In this document: positions 1 through 64,000 of the stretch, piece by piece
Numbering within the stretch: the stretch's first letter is position 1
How the letters are laid out: every line of letters begins with the position of its first letter
Translations under genes and position numbers: made by a program
The notes under the pieces: generated by a model
What the model was told of the DNA's origin: nothing
What the model saw: the letters and a program-made list of their open reading frames with translations, nothing else
The model's database searches: none
Origin: Hormiphora californensis
Taxonomy: Eukaryota; Animalia; Ctenophora
Direction: 5' to 3'
NCBI GenBank assembly: GCA_020137815.1
Contig: CM035357.1
Coordinates: 6,014,001 to 6,078,000 of the forward strand
Length of the DNA stretch: 64,000 nt

Positions 1-277
1 TTGTTGCTAGGTAACCGCTTATAATTCTCCAGGAAATGGACGATTTGCATCATTTGAGAAGAAATCTCTCCCTCTCAAGATCTCTCAGTTTAGTATATCT
101 CTCTCTTCCTCTCTGTCTATATCCCTCTCTGTGGATCTGTCTCAGTGTCTCATGGTGTACATTCAGCACTGCCTCGAGACTCAATTGTATATCTGTTGAT
201 GTAGACGTTTAGCCGTATCAATATCTCAAAAAATAGTTTGACTCTGCACCCTTGTTTCTGTACCAAAGGATAATAGC

Positions 278-386
278 CAGGAACCGACCGAATCAGGAAA
301 TACTGGTCCCTGATTGGCTGATAACCAGTCACGTGACCTAAATAACGAGTTCTGATTGGTTGTTTACTTGTTTCGGTCGGTTCCTG
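278..386. mobile_element. 109-bp hAT-like MITE, copy 1
   Basis: TIRs CAGGAACCGACCGAA / TTCGGTCGGTTCCTG; 8-bp TSD ataatagc/ataatagt. Confidence 0.9.
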
Positions 387-1015
387 ATAATAGTAGATAC
401 AAAAATAGCTTCACTTCTAGATGTTTTATCCCTTCCCCTCTAGCTCTATTCGGCACCTCGATTTGTGCAGTAATGATCGGTCCTGATCTCGTTACTTCAC
501 ATGGCACAAGTGGCAACATACCCCCTGTAACCGGTTCCTAGCACAACTCCCCTCTTTGAATTCTCTTGTTCCTTTCTCTGAGATATGTTTAGGAGGGGGA
601 TGCTTTTGTAGTCAAAGAGCTTATCTATCCAATCTCTGGCAGCATTATAATTGTTCTCATTATATGTGGGGGAGCATTGACGTAGATCTTCCTTCCACAT
701 ATCCAACCTCCCTCATCTCTTTAATCGATATAATATTCATCCATCCTGTCAGTGCAAGTAGTGGTGTCCTTGATATAGCTACTAGGGCGAATGTCCTTCA
801 CTTCCCCACGACTCAGCCTATCAAAGAGTAGAAAAGTCTTTAATATCAAGGGTAGGGGATCATTTTATATCCTCATATTTATAGTCTCTGCGTTTGAAGA
901 GCCCTCTTGCAATACCCAATAGCTGCAAAGAATAGTTGACCTTGTTGTGCGTGAATTGTTGCATTTGGGCATATTGGGCATAATATGCGAATATATGAAT
1001 ATATCAGGATCCCAC

Positions 1016-3381
<2,366 letters not shown>

Positions 3382-3622
3382 GGAGTTTCCACAATGAACA
3401 ATTATTGGAAAATTATTGTCTCTCCCATGTGTGTAGTTTTGAAGAAATAACGAAAATTCATTGTTGTAAAAATTTACCGTTCATGTCCGTTTATTGTAAC
3501 TAAATTAGGAGACAAACTCGTCTTTTTGTTCATTGGATCGTGTTCCCCTTTAGAATACCCTTTCCCTACCATACCCCAAAACTAAATCAAAACTAATCCT
3601 GATACCCTCTCCTTCCCACTAG

Positions 3623-55321
<51,699 letters not shown>

Positions 55322-55518
55322 TATTATTTGAAATGTTCGGGGGTGTGACAAGGACACTTTGTTTGAGAAGTGTGTGTTAACCCCCCTGACATTATCCCCC
55401 GCCTTTATTATACAGAGAGATCAATTGTGTTTGAATCAGTCTATTTATTTTATTTAAACAGTGTGTGTAACGTTACAAGGATGTGCAGATATTATATGAC
55501 AAGAGAGAATGGGAGAGC

Positions 55519-55582
<64 letters not shown>

Positions 55583-56948
55583 CTAGTGAGAGACGAGATA
55601 TCGACGTGAGAGCGAGGAGCATAGAGAGCGAGGAGAGAGAGAGAGAGAGAGACTAGAGAGAGAGAGAGAGAGTTTTTACCAGATGTTTGCCCTGGATAAA
55701 GAACTCTGAAAAATTTAAAAAAGTTGTCAAGTCCTAAATATTGTCCAGAGATCAAACTCAAAGCAAACTGTCCCCCATTACGATATTGGATAATAGAAAA
55801 TTGTCAGGGCAAACAGCTGAGAGTATCTGAGTGTGTAAATTCCCCAGTCCCCTGGAAGCCCCGAAACGAGGCTAATTTATTGTGTTACAGATTTCGCTGC
55901 CCTTTTTATTCCATACTGAAAACACTGTGTTTTGTAATTTGTTGAAATGGTCGGTTTTGGTGGAAATTGGGAGCGATTTCAATCCGTTATTAACTAACTC
56001 AAATATGCCTGTGTACTGTATAGAGATCGCTCCCATATCTAACCCGGAAACCGATTAATTCTTATCCCGAACATGGTCGAAATGAGCCAAAGAATTCTGT
56101 TGTGAGAGAGACTGGAGACAGTACATTTCACATGTGTGAAAAATGTGTTTTCGTGATTCTCTGTGTGTGACCCGAGGTCTCTCTGTGTGTGAAATACACA
56201 GAATACATTTTGTTATTTCGCGCGGCCTCCTCCACCACTCAGCGATTTGGCGGGGGCGCGTTACATACACTAATTACTCGCGCCGCGTCCATCCCCCCAC
56301 ACAGAGAGACGACACACACACGCACACACAGATCCATTATGCACTGAGGGAATTGCCTTCCCGCCATATCATCTCTCCTCTTGAAAATAAACATTGAGTA
56401 GTCGGATATTTTTTATCAACATAAATAAAACAATTTATAATTGACTAATATATTTGTGTAGGGTGTATGTTAAAAGATAATTTCTCTCTCTCACTCACTC
56501 GCTCACTCTCTCACTCTCTCTCTCTCTCTCTCTCTCTTGGTCGCGTGCAGTTGTGTAGTAGTTATAGTATTTTCTCACGCGATATCACTCTCCAAAGCAG
56601 TCCCAGTGTTTTTTAGCCCTGAAACAGTGGAGTTGCCTCCAGATCCAGCAGTTACAGGGCGAGATGCTGCACTCTCCTTCCCTCTCTCTCTCCCTCCGTT
56701 AGTGACATGTCTCATCACCAGTCAAGATGGTTATACATCATGGGTTGGGGAACGTTAGGGGGCGGTGGGCCTCCCATTTCATGTTTCGTTATCCCTTTTC
56801 CCATCTCGCCCATCACTGAAAGATAAACCCGGTGTGAGTGTGATGTATATATCTGGGGGGAGGGTGAAATATCTGGAGACGGGGATATTATAACAGTGGT
56901 GAAATATAAACCTAGGATTACACTCAAATTAGGGATGGTCATCAATAG

Positions 56949-57450
56949 NNNNNNNNNNNNNNNNNNNNNNNNNNNNNNNNNNNNNNNNNNNNNNNNNNNN
57001 NNNNNNNNNNNNNNNNNNNNNNNNNNNNNNNNNNNNNNNNNNNNNNNNAAAAGGGGGGTTTTTTTTGGGGGGGAAAAAAATTCCCCCAAAAAAAAAAAGG
57101 AGAAAAAGGGGGGGGGGGGAAGGAAAAGGAGGGGGGAAGGGAAAAAGAAGGGGGGGGGAAAAAAAGGGGGGGGGGGGAAAAAAAAAAAAATTCTCAAAAC
57201 CCCCTGCATTTTAAATTAAAACCCCCAGGGGTAGGGGAAAGAACTGGGGAAAAAAAAAGGGTTTTTGGGTTGCCCCTTTAAACCCCCCCAAAAAAAATTT
57301 AAAAAAATTAGGGGAAAACCCAAAAGAGAGGGGAAAAGAGGAAATTTGAAACTTCCCCGTTTTTTTTTTCCCATTAAAACATTTTCCCGACCAACCCCAT
57401 GTGGAAACACCCGAAAAACCCCCCGGGAAGAGGAAAGCGAGTCAGGCTTT
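56949..57450. other. Assembly gap (100 N) followed by low-quality, homopolymer-rich read end
   Basis: N run at 56949-57048, then ~400 bp of long A/G/T/C runs. Confidence 0.95.
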
Positions 57451-57665
57451 TCCCCTCGGTCTAACCTATTCCACGCTGACTTTGCCTCTCTCCCCCCAGT
57501 GGGTACACACGCAAAAATTATAAGTGCAGGGAGAGAGACGAGAAAAAAAAGGATCAGCGTCCTGTGAATTGCTTTTGGAAGAACCAAGGGCAAGTTGAGA
57601 GAAAGAGAGAGCGTCCCTTCTGTGTATAACTGACCACGCCTGATTGCCTGGTACACACGCTTATT

Positions 57666-57745
<80 letters not shown>

Positions 57746-58147
57746 GGGGGAGAGAGAGAGAGAGAGAGAGAGAGATCTAATTAGTGATTATACCAGTGTA
57801 CACACCAGAAGCTGCTGCACCTCCTTATGCAAGAGCAGTCACACAGTATTATAACTCAGCGTGTCAAGTTCCACACACACGACTTTTGTTGGCATTTTGC
57901 CTAACATTTGAACACCTCACAGCATGTGGAAACTAACGACCCACAAAACCACGATATACCATGGCTGAAAACTATAAGTTTTTAGTTAAATATAATAGTG
58001 GGTGCCAGATGTGGGATCAATGGTGAGCTTGATATCAGGTATGTGACCTTGTATATGAATTGTGTCCGGATAATGTATGTAGTACGCATACGTGACTGGA
58101 GGCTCCAGTCTGGAGGGTTCGTGACCATGTGACCATCACATTATTAC

Positions 58148-59493
58148 CTTTGGCCCGATGCCAGGGAGAGAGGTCAGCCCCTCAAAGGTCCTGGGGATGT
58201 CCCCATCATGTTGGGTGTGCACTATGTGCGAGGCGTTCTTTAGGTACACCGCTTTTTTCTGAAAAATAGAGTTTTAGATTTTGTTTTAGTTCAACTTTTG
58301 ACTAGGTTGCCAATAATTAAGTTACAGACAAGTCCAAAATGAATAAAAGATATATTTCGGGTCAGTCTTATTTCATACAGAAAAGATAAGCGATTATCAT
58401 TATGATATTTAATTACGTAATTTTAGAGCTCTAATTCATTTGACAGTCACTTCAAAACTCTAATTTGAATTTAACCACTGAGATTTCGAGTATATTTAAA
58501 TCTAAATGACGTTGCTGCATGACAAATCGGATAGCTATTTTCAAGAATTCTTCTCTAGTTAAAAGGTTGTATTAGTTTAGTAAGCAGGCTGCAGTAAACA
58601 CATACCTTCCAAAATCCAACAGAACGAATCAACTGCTGCAGAACCTCAACCTCAGTTTCAGCCATTTTCTGGGGATTCAGACCGAATTCCTTGAGTCGCT
58701 TCATCGCCTCGGCGGTCTTCTCGTCTTTGGTCTGGCTGGATAGCATCAGAGATATCATAACTTGGTAGCGGTACATCTGAAGAAGTTTGTGTGTTTATAT
58801 TGCATGTTTATGTAGTGATTGTGGAATGTGTGTAAGATAATAAATTCTGATAGAAGACTGGAAACACCCACCTTAGGTCCATGACTATCATCAGCTGTTT
58901 TGAAGCATCCCATGGTGTCAACTGGTGCCACAATCTCTTTCCTCATCTCAACGATGTTATCATAGAGTGTCCTCCAATTGGCGGGCGGACCTTCGTGTTC
59001 TATTTTAACCTGTGGAAATCACGATACTAAACAGCTATCTAGTAAAGAAGTTAAATTGCATCCACATTCCACAGGACAAGCGATACAATAAATTCAAATA
59101 GGATTTTAAACTCACCCTTTTCTTAGGTTCGCTACACTTGATGCTTCGTTTTCGTTGAGTTTCATCATTGTTGTTGGTAGTGTTGTTATTTGTATTAGCA
59201 TTGTTGTTGTTATTGTAGTTATTGGTAGAAGAGGTCGGAATGCTGACTTGATTAGGATTAACAAACTGCTCTTGTAGCTGCTGCTGGAGCCCTCCAAACA
59301 GAGGGCTGTTTAAATTCAGAAATGTACCGGGATTCTGGGCGTTTAAATAACGGAAATAATCCTGATTCAATGGCGGCAGGTTTTTAAATTCTCCACGGAA
59401 ATCCATTACTGGTATAAATCTGTTGACGATGAGGGTCTGGTAAAAGAAAGCGGGCTTTTTCAAAATACGCAAAGCACTGACGAAATTTCTCAT
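58148..59493 (-). CDS. NTHL1: Endonuclease III-like DNA glycosylase (Nth1), first four exons; 3' exons not found
   Basis: Exons 59493-59116, 59009-58872, 58776-58606, 58258-58148. Motifs PANWRTLYDNIVEMR, APVDTMGC, YQVMISLMLSSQTKD, VGFWKKKAVYLK and HhH GDIPRTFEGLTSLPGIGPK. Confidence 0.93.
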
Positions 59494-59499
59494 CAAACT

Positions 59500-59640
59500 C
59501 GAAACTCGTGAAAATTTTCAAAACTCAATCACCTTGTATCGCGCGCGCCATAATGCAGCGCAATATAAGTTACGCTACATTCAAGACGCGCCGCGCGCTA
59601 AGCGAATTTAAATTTTTAAGCCGTTTTAAAAAAATTCACC
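59500..59640. promoter_or_regulatory. CpG-rich promoter-like segment upstream of NTHL1 (possibly shared with the divergent ASPG)
   Basis: cgcgcgcgcc and gacgcgccgcgcgc immediately 5' of the NTHL1 ATG in otherwise CpG-poor DNA. Confidence 0.4.
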
Positions 59641-59652
59641 CCTGATAATTAT

Positions 59653-59896
59653 GGGGCGCCGTTACGATCTGGGTGTTTGGTGGCCTGTTTACAGGTGCGC
59701 GCTGCCAAAAAAGTTGATTCACTAAAACGGCTCTAACCGCCGAACCACTCAACCGTTTTGGCTAATTCAAAGTTTATCTGGTAGGGAATGTCAAGGCCTA
59801 ACCCCAACCCCAACCCTAACCCTAACCCTACTTTAGCCCTAACCCTAAAAAACCGTTTGTCAGCACTCACGAAACACCCAGATTTTAACGCTGGCC
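59653..59896. mobile_element. MITE carrying internal (CCCTAA)n telomere-type repeats
   Basis: Imperfect TIRs GG…CGTTACGATCTGGGTGTTT / AAACACCCAGATTTTAACG…CC; TSD ataattat; ccctaa tract at 59797-59848. Confidence 0.75.
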
Positions 59897-60252
59897 ATAA
59901 TTATGAGGTCCCTAGTTTGAAAATTTGAAGTTTAAAAAAATTTGAAATCGAGGTTTTTAAGTTTACAAAAACCAAGATTTTGCTAATTCGTGTCGCCTTT
60001 CTTATCTTCTTCGTTTATGTACTAACTACACAAAGCATCCCTCCCTGAAAACCAGTTGTATCTAAAAAAGTCCAAGACTTAATTGCTGTTTTGTTTTACC
60101 GATATTTTTAGTTATTTCCCGGCTCCTGGCTCCCGCCAGAATCAATCATGACAGTGATGAGTGAGGAGTGTGTAGAGCGTTGGCTACTTTGGCTAGTAGT
60201 GCGTGCTCCAATATTTTACACTATGAAGTCGGATATAAATAGTGTTAGTAGA

Positions 60253-61754
60253 TTGGACAACTATTTTGAAACACAAAACAATGTCACGCCCGAAAACGAA
60301 ACATAATAAACAATTAATATTGCACCCCATGCCGGAAGTGTCTTTAAATAGTGTTCGTCTAAATCGATATCTGGTGACTGGCTTGTAGGGTATGATGTTA
60401 ATATTAGGTATAGGGAGAGGAGTAGGTCCTCAAGGAATAATAATAGATGAATCTGAAAATCCTAAAAAGCTGAAAGGGGGGCCGATACTTGGGTTGGCAC
60501 TATGGCGTCCAAGTACCGGTGTAGGGGCGGTGGGAGGGAGTAAAGGTTAGGGTTAGGGGATGGGGACTTCTGTGTTAAGTAAATGAAAAAGTGACAACAC
60601 CCCCGCGTCCATGGACGCGAGAAAGAAAAAACCTATAAACCTAGAAAATCACAGATAAAAAAGAAAAGGGGGAAGAAACAGAGGGGAAGAGAAGAACACA
60701 AAAGGGGGACTGCAGCACACGGATCAGCACACAAATCAGCACATGTAAATGTTAACACGGTAAGACAAACAGCAATAAAAACAAGTAGAGCAAATACATA
60801 TATAGGCTGAGAGCTGGTGATGGGGTATGAAGCAGGTCCACCTTAAGAAAGTCAGAGAAAAAGTCTGAGATCATTTTTAGTATTTATATATTGGCTTGAA
60901 ACATCTTGAAATTGCGAGTGTTACTATACCCCTTGGGGTAGCTGTATGGAGTCCACTAGGGACCGGAAGTGAAGGTTAACTAGAAAGTCAAGGGTGAAGG
61001 TCAGCAGTCAGCTAAGATTCACTCCGTATAACTCGACTCAAAAACTCATAAAATTCCAAAAAAGTTCAAAAAAAAGTTCAAAAAAGTACAAAAACCGATC
61101 GGATTAAGTATCCAAACAGATGTTACTATTGGTCCATGTATCCTGATCACCCCGAGATTGTTTTTCAAGCAACCATTTACCAACCCTCTTTTTAAATGAA
61201 GGATGGCCGATGAACGGCTTAATATCAGGATTGCTGATGGCAATGTTCCAAAAACGAGGTGCAGCGAAAATGAAGTTACCATTAAGAACTTTTATACGGC
61301 CTTTGGGGATAAGAGCCCTATTAGAGAAGGTGGAGAAACTGGTCAGACCCTCATTCCCAACAATACTTTGGTTGTGAACAGCAGTAATGCAGCTCTTGTG
61401 GTAAAGATTGTGAACAGAGAGTAGATTATTCGAACCAAAAGTGTCCTTAGTATGTGAGAATACATGTACGGGTCCTCGTGGAAGCTTAAAAATGGTTCTT
61501 AGTGCTTGTTTTTGAGCACGAAAAATTGGAAGGAGTTTGAAGGAACTTCCGCCTGAACCCCAAACACTGAGACCATAGAGAATGTGCGATTGTATAAACG
61601 CACAGTATACTGGTTTGAAGAAGGACTCAGGTATGGATTTAGACATAACTCTTAAACATCCAATACTACTCGAAAGCTTCAGGGATACTGATTCTATGTG
61701 ATTGGACCACGATAGAGTGGAGCTGATAATAACACCAAGAAATTTGATTTTATC
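60253..61754 (-). mobile_element. 5'-truncated LINE (RT C-terminus and 3' UTR)
   Basis: ORF 61104-~61750: KFLGVIISSTLSWSNHI, VYCAFIQSHILYGLSVWG, AQKQALRTI, PRFWN. Confidence 0.85.
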
Positions 61755-61806
61755 TAGAGTATACCGGCGGCCTCTAGGGTTGAACAACATATGTAAAACA
61801 CGGTGG

Positions 61807-61847
61807 TTTGTTAACAGTTTCGGCGTCAACGCCTTCTTCAGAACTAA
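61807..61847 (-). ncRNA. Second copy of the hammerhead-like motif (inverted arm)
   Basis: Reverse complement of 62123-62163. Confidence 0.6.
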
Positions 61848-62122
61848 AGAAAGAAAATGGTAACTTTACACAATGTGGGTGCACCTCCCTTGCTCTCTCT
61901 TTCCCCCCTCTCTTTTCTTGACCCGTTTTTGACCTGCGTGTTCGTTTACATAGTTAGTTCTCTAGTTTTTGGTTTTAGTAGTTATTTGTCGTTTTAGAAT
62001 TTTTAGGTCGTTGTAGACGTTTTTAGTACTTGTGGTCGTTTTAGTCTTTAGTTGTGTTGTAGTAATTTATTTAGTTGATCTAACGAGATATATTTATTGT
62101 GTAAAGTTACCATTTTCTTTCT

Positions 62123-62163
62123 TTAGTTCTGAAGAAGGCGTTGACGCCGAAACTGTTAACAAA
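62123..62163 (+). ncRNA. Minimal type I hammerhead ribozyme-like motif
   Basis: ttagtt-CTGAAGA-a-GGCG ttga CGCC-GAAA-C t G-TT-aacaaa: core boxes, 4-bp stem II, minimal stem III, stem I gtt/aac. Confidence 0.6.
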
Positions 62164-62425
62164 CCACCGTGTTTTACATATGTTGTTCAACCCTAGAGGC
62201 CGCCGGTATACTCTACTAACACTATTTATCATCATGCGGCTCATAAACATTTGGCCAATCCAATCTTTGTTAAGTCGGATATATAAATGATTATTTTACC
62301 AAGAACCACAAGCTAACTAAACTTAATAATCAACTGAGAAATGAGAATCCAGGTTAAGAGCTGGCATTCCCTACATCAAATTAGAAAATTTTATAATGAA
62401 GTTTAAATTTTATGTAGATTTTAAG

Positions 62426-63241
62426 ATGAAGCGGGTCCAATCTGGAATTCCAGTAAACTCCCGGATCTGTATGATCTACACTGGAGGTACCATTGGAATG
62501 AAGAAATGCATCGACTCGGGAGGTGAGTGTAAACTGTTTCACTTTCCAGTCTGGAACATCGAGAGGGTCTCATATCATGCTTACTTCTAGTGCAAGTGAA
62601 CCGAGGGTCTACTCCAGTGGTGGGCGGTGGCCGGTAGTCAAGATGAAGACATGCTACTCGAGGTTCATATCTTGATTTATCGCCAGACTCAAATTATAAC
62701 CATTCTTGCAGCTAAAAAACTAAACTTTAACTTTTCTTTCAGCATACGTCCCGGTAAAAGGATACTTAGAAAAGAAAATGAAGAAGTTCTCGCCCCTACA
62801 CGACCCTAAATACGAATACCACGAGGCGGATATGTTGACTGATCACACCCCCATTGCTACACCGTATGTTGTTATGTTCTAACCCTCCTTTATATTTGTC
62901 AAACAGGGTCGAGCAAGGCAAACCGTGTGTATGATGTAGGATTAATCAGAAATCAAATGTTAAAACAAAAACGTATTTTGATAGCTCACATAGTCCTCCT
63001 CAGAATCTCGATGTACGGTCGGCGGATCATCTACGCAATTGAGGAAATGGATCCCATTGTAGATAGTTCAAACATGGACATGACATACTGGGCCAAGTTG
63101 GCCAAAACCATAGAGAAATTTTATACAAAGTTTGATGGGTTCGTGGTAGTTCACGGGACTGATACGATGGCTTACACGGCATCCGCACTGAGTTTTATGT
63201 TGGAGAACCTGGGGAAATCTGTAATCTTAACCGGCTCCCAG
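62426..63241 (+). CDS. ASPG: Cytosolic type I L-asparaginase / lysophospholipase, first three coding exons (continues beyond the window)
   Basis: Exons 62426-62522, 62743-62863, 63004-63241. Motifs IYTGGTIGM, DSSNM, HGTDTMAYTASALSFMLENLGKSVILTGSQ. Confidence 0.93.
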
Positions 63242-63418
63242 GTAAGGGGATTGACCATATGGTCGTGTGGCAGTTTGGGGGGGGGGGGGGGGGGTGTAAC
63301 CAATAACCATGCGGTGTGATCATTGATCAATCATTGTAAATCTTCATTTGTAAAAGAGCAGGGTGCGGTGAAACAGGGCCGAACAAGGACAAGCCGATCA
63401 GCTATGATTTATTTAGTA

Positions 63419-64000
63419 CAGGGTGTTCATATTGGATCTTTACAAGCGTTGGGCTTCACCCAGAAAAAAGTTGACTAAATTAGCTAATGAAAATTCATAC
63501 TTGGACTATTCTATACCCTCATTCAAGGTTCCTGGTGTTTCCGGAGCTCTAATACCCCTGGAAGTGTGTTTTTGGCATTAAAACTACCAGAAGGAATTTT
63601 TTGCTGGTGCTGAGACTTTGCTAGAATGTTTTTTGGGTATTTTCTATGTCAATTCCAAAGTTTCATGATAATAGGATGTGTGGTTCAGTCACCAAGTTTC
63701 AAATACACTGGCTGAAAAGGCTAAAAAACAGCTCAAAAACGGCAAAAATTGATATTTTAGAGTCTTTCAAGGCACTTTTTTCGAAATTTTGAGTTCATAA
63801 AACACATCCAATTATCATGAAACTTTGGAATTGACATAGAAAATACCCAAAAAACATTCTAGCAAAGTCTCAGCACCAGCAAAAAATTCCTTCTGGTAGT
63901 TTTAATGCCAAAAACACACTTCCAGGGGTATTAGAGCTCCGGAAACACCAGGAACCTTGAATGAGGGTATAGAATAGTCCAAGTATGAAGTTTCATTAGC
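63419..64000. mobile_element. Tc1/mariner-like foldback element, right end outside the window
   Basis: TA|CAGGGTG start; 63483-~63685 is the reverse complement of ~63800-64000. Confidence 0.8.

Larger units (their letters stand above)
61755..62271. mobile_element. Penelope-like inverted terminal repeat remnant
   Basis: 119-bp inverted repeat, 61755-61873 vs 62097-62215. The left arm continues at 60235-60252 (reverse complement of 62212-62229). Direct repeat aagtcggata at 60226 and 62272. Confidence 0.65.

Noticed and set aside
150-541. ORFs containing TGYQPIRDQYFLIRSVP and VVYLFRSVP
   Set aside because: Read-through of the 109-bp MITE.
56578-56817. Possible 3' exons of another minus-strand gene next to the gap (MGEMGKGITKHEMGGPPPP…)
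   Set aside because: Acceptor-like sites exist, but I could not fix a consistent donor or phase, nor recognise a product.
56896-57656. K/G/F-rich ORFs around the gap
   Set aside because: They span Ns or low-quality homopolymer sequence.
61753-61829. N-terminus of ORF 61104-61829 as part of the RT
   Set aside because: It reads through the inverted-repeat arm; RT similarity starts only at about DKIKFLG.

Overview
Eukaryotic (metazoan) genomic DNA with GT-AG introns, many (CT/GA)n microsatellites, small DNA transposons and one N-gap. The 109-bp CAGGAACCGACCGAA element resembles a repeat I recall from the ctenophore Pleurobrachia; this is an unverified inference. About 52 kb (3623-55321, + strand) is one multi-exon gene that I spliced by hand. 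It has ~22 small, mostly spectrin-repeat-type exons and ends in a transmembrane helix plus a ~31-aa tail (…C…PAL…RPQPH*) that fits a KASH domain, so it is a nesprin-like outer nuclear membrane protein. Unusual points: (1) a 6.5-kb disordered exon with ~60 [STCA/P]QT motifs at ~12-aa spacing, a candidate LC8/DYNLL-binding array; (2) five phase-compatible nested alternative first exons, several near RFX X-box or CRE motifs; (3) about seven single-base frameshifts, probably homopolymer assembly errors. The introns hold a full-length CR1/L2-type LINE, a Gypsy remnant, foldback elements and MITEs with clear TSDs, a tandem duplication and minisatellites. After the gap lie an NTHL1-like glycosylase (-), a Penelope-like inverted repeat with minimal hammerhead ribozymes interrupted by a LINE fragment, and the 5' exons of an L-asparaginase (+). 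All exon boundaries come from manual reading, without RNA data or database searches.
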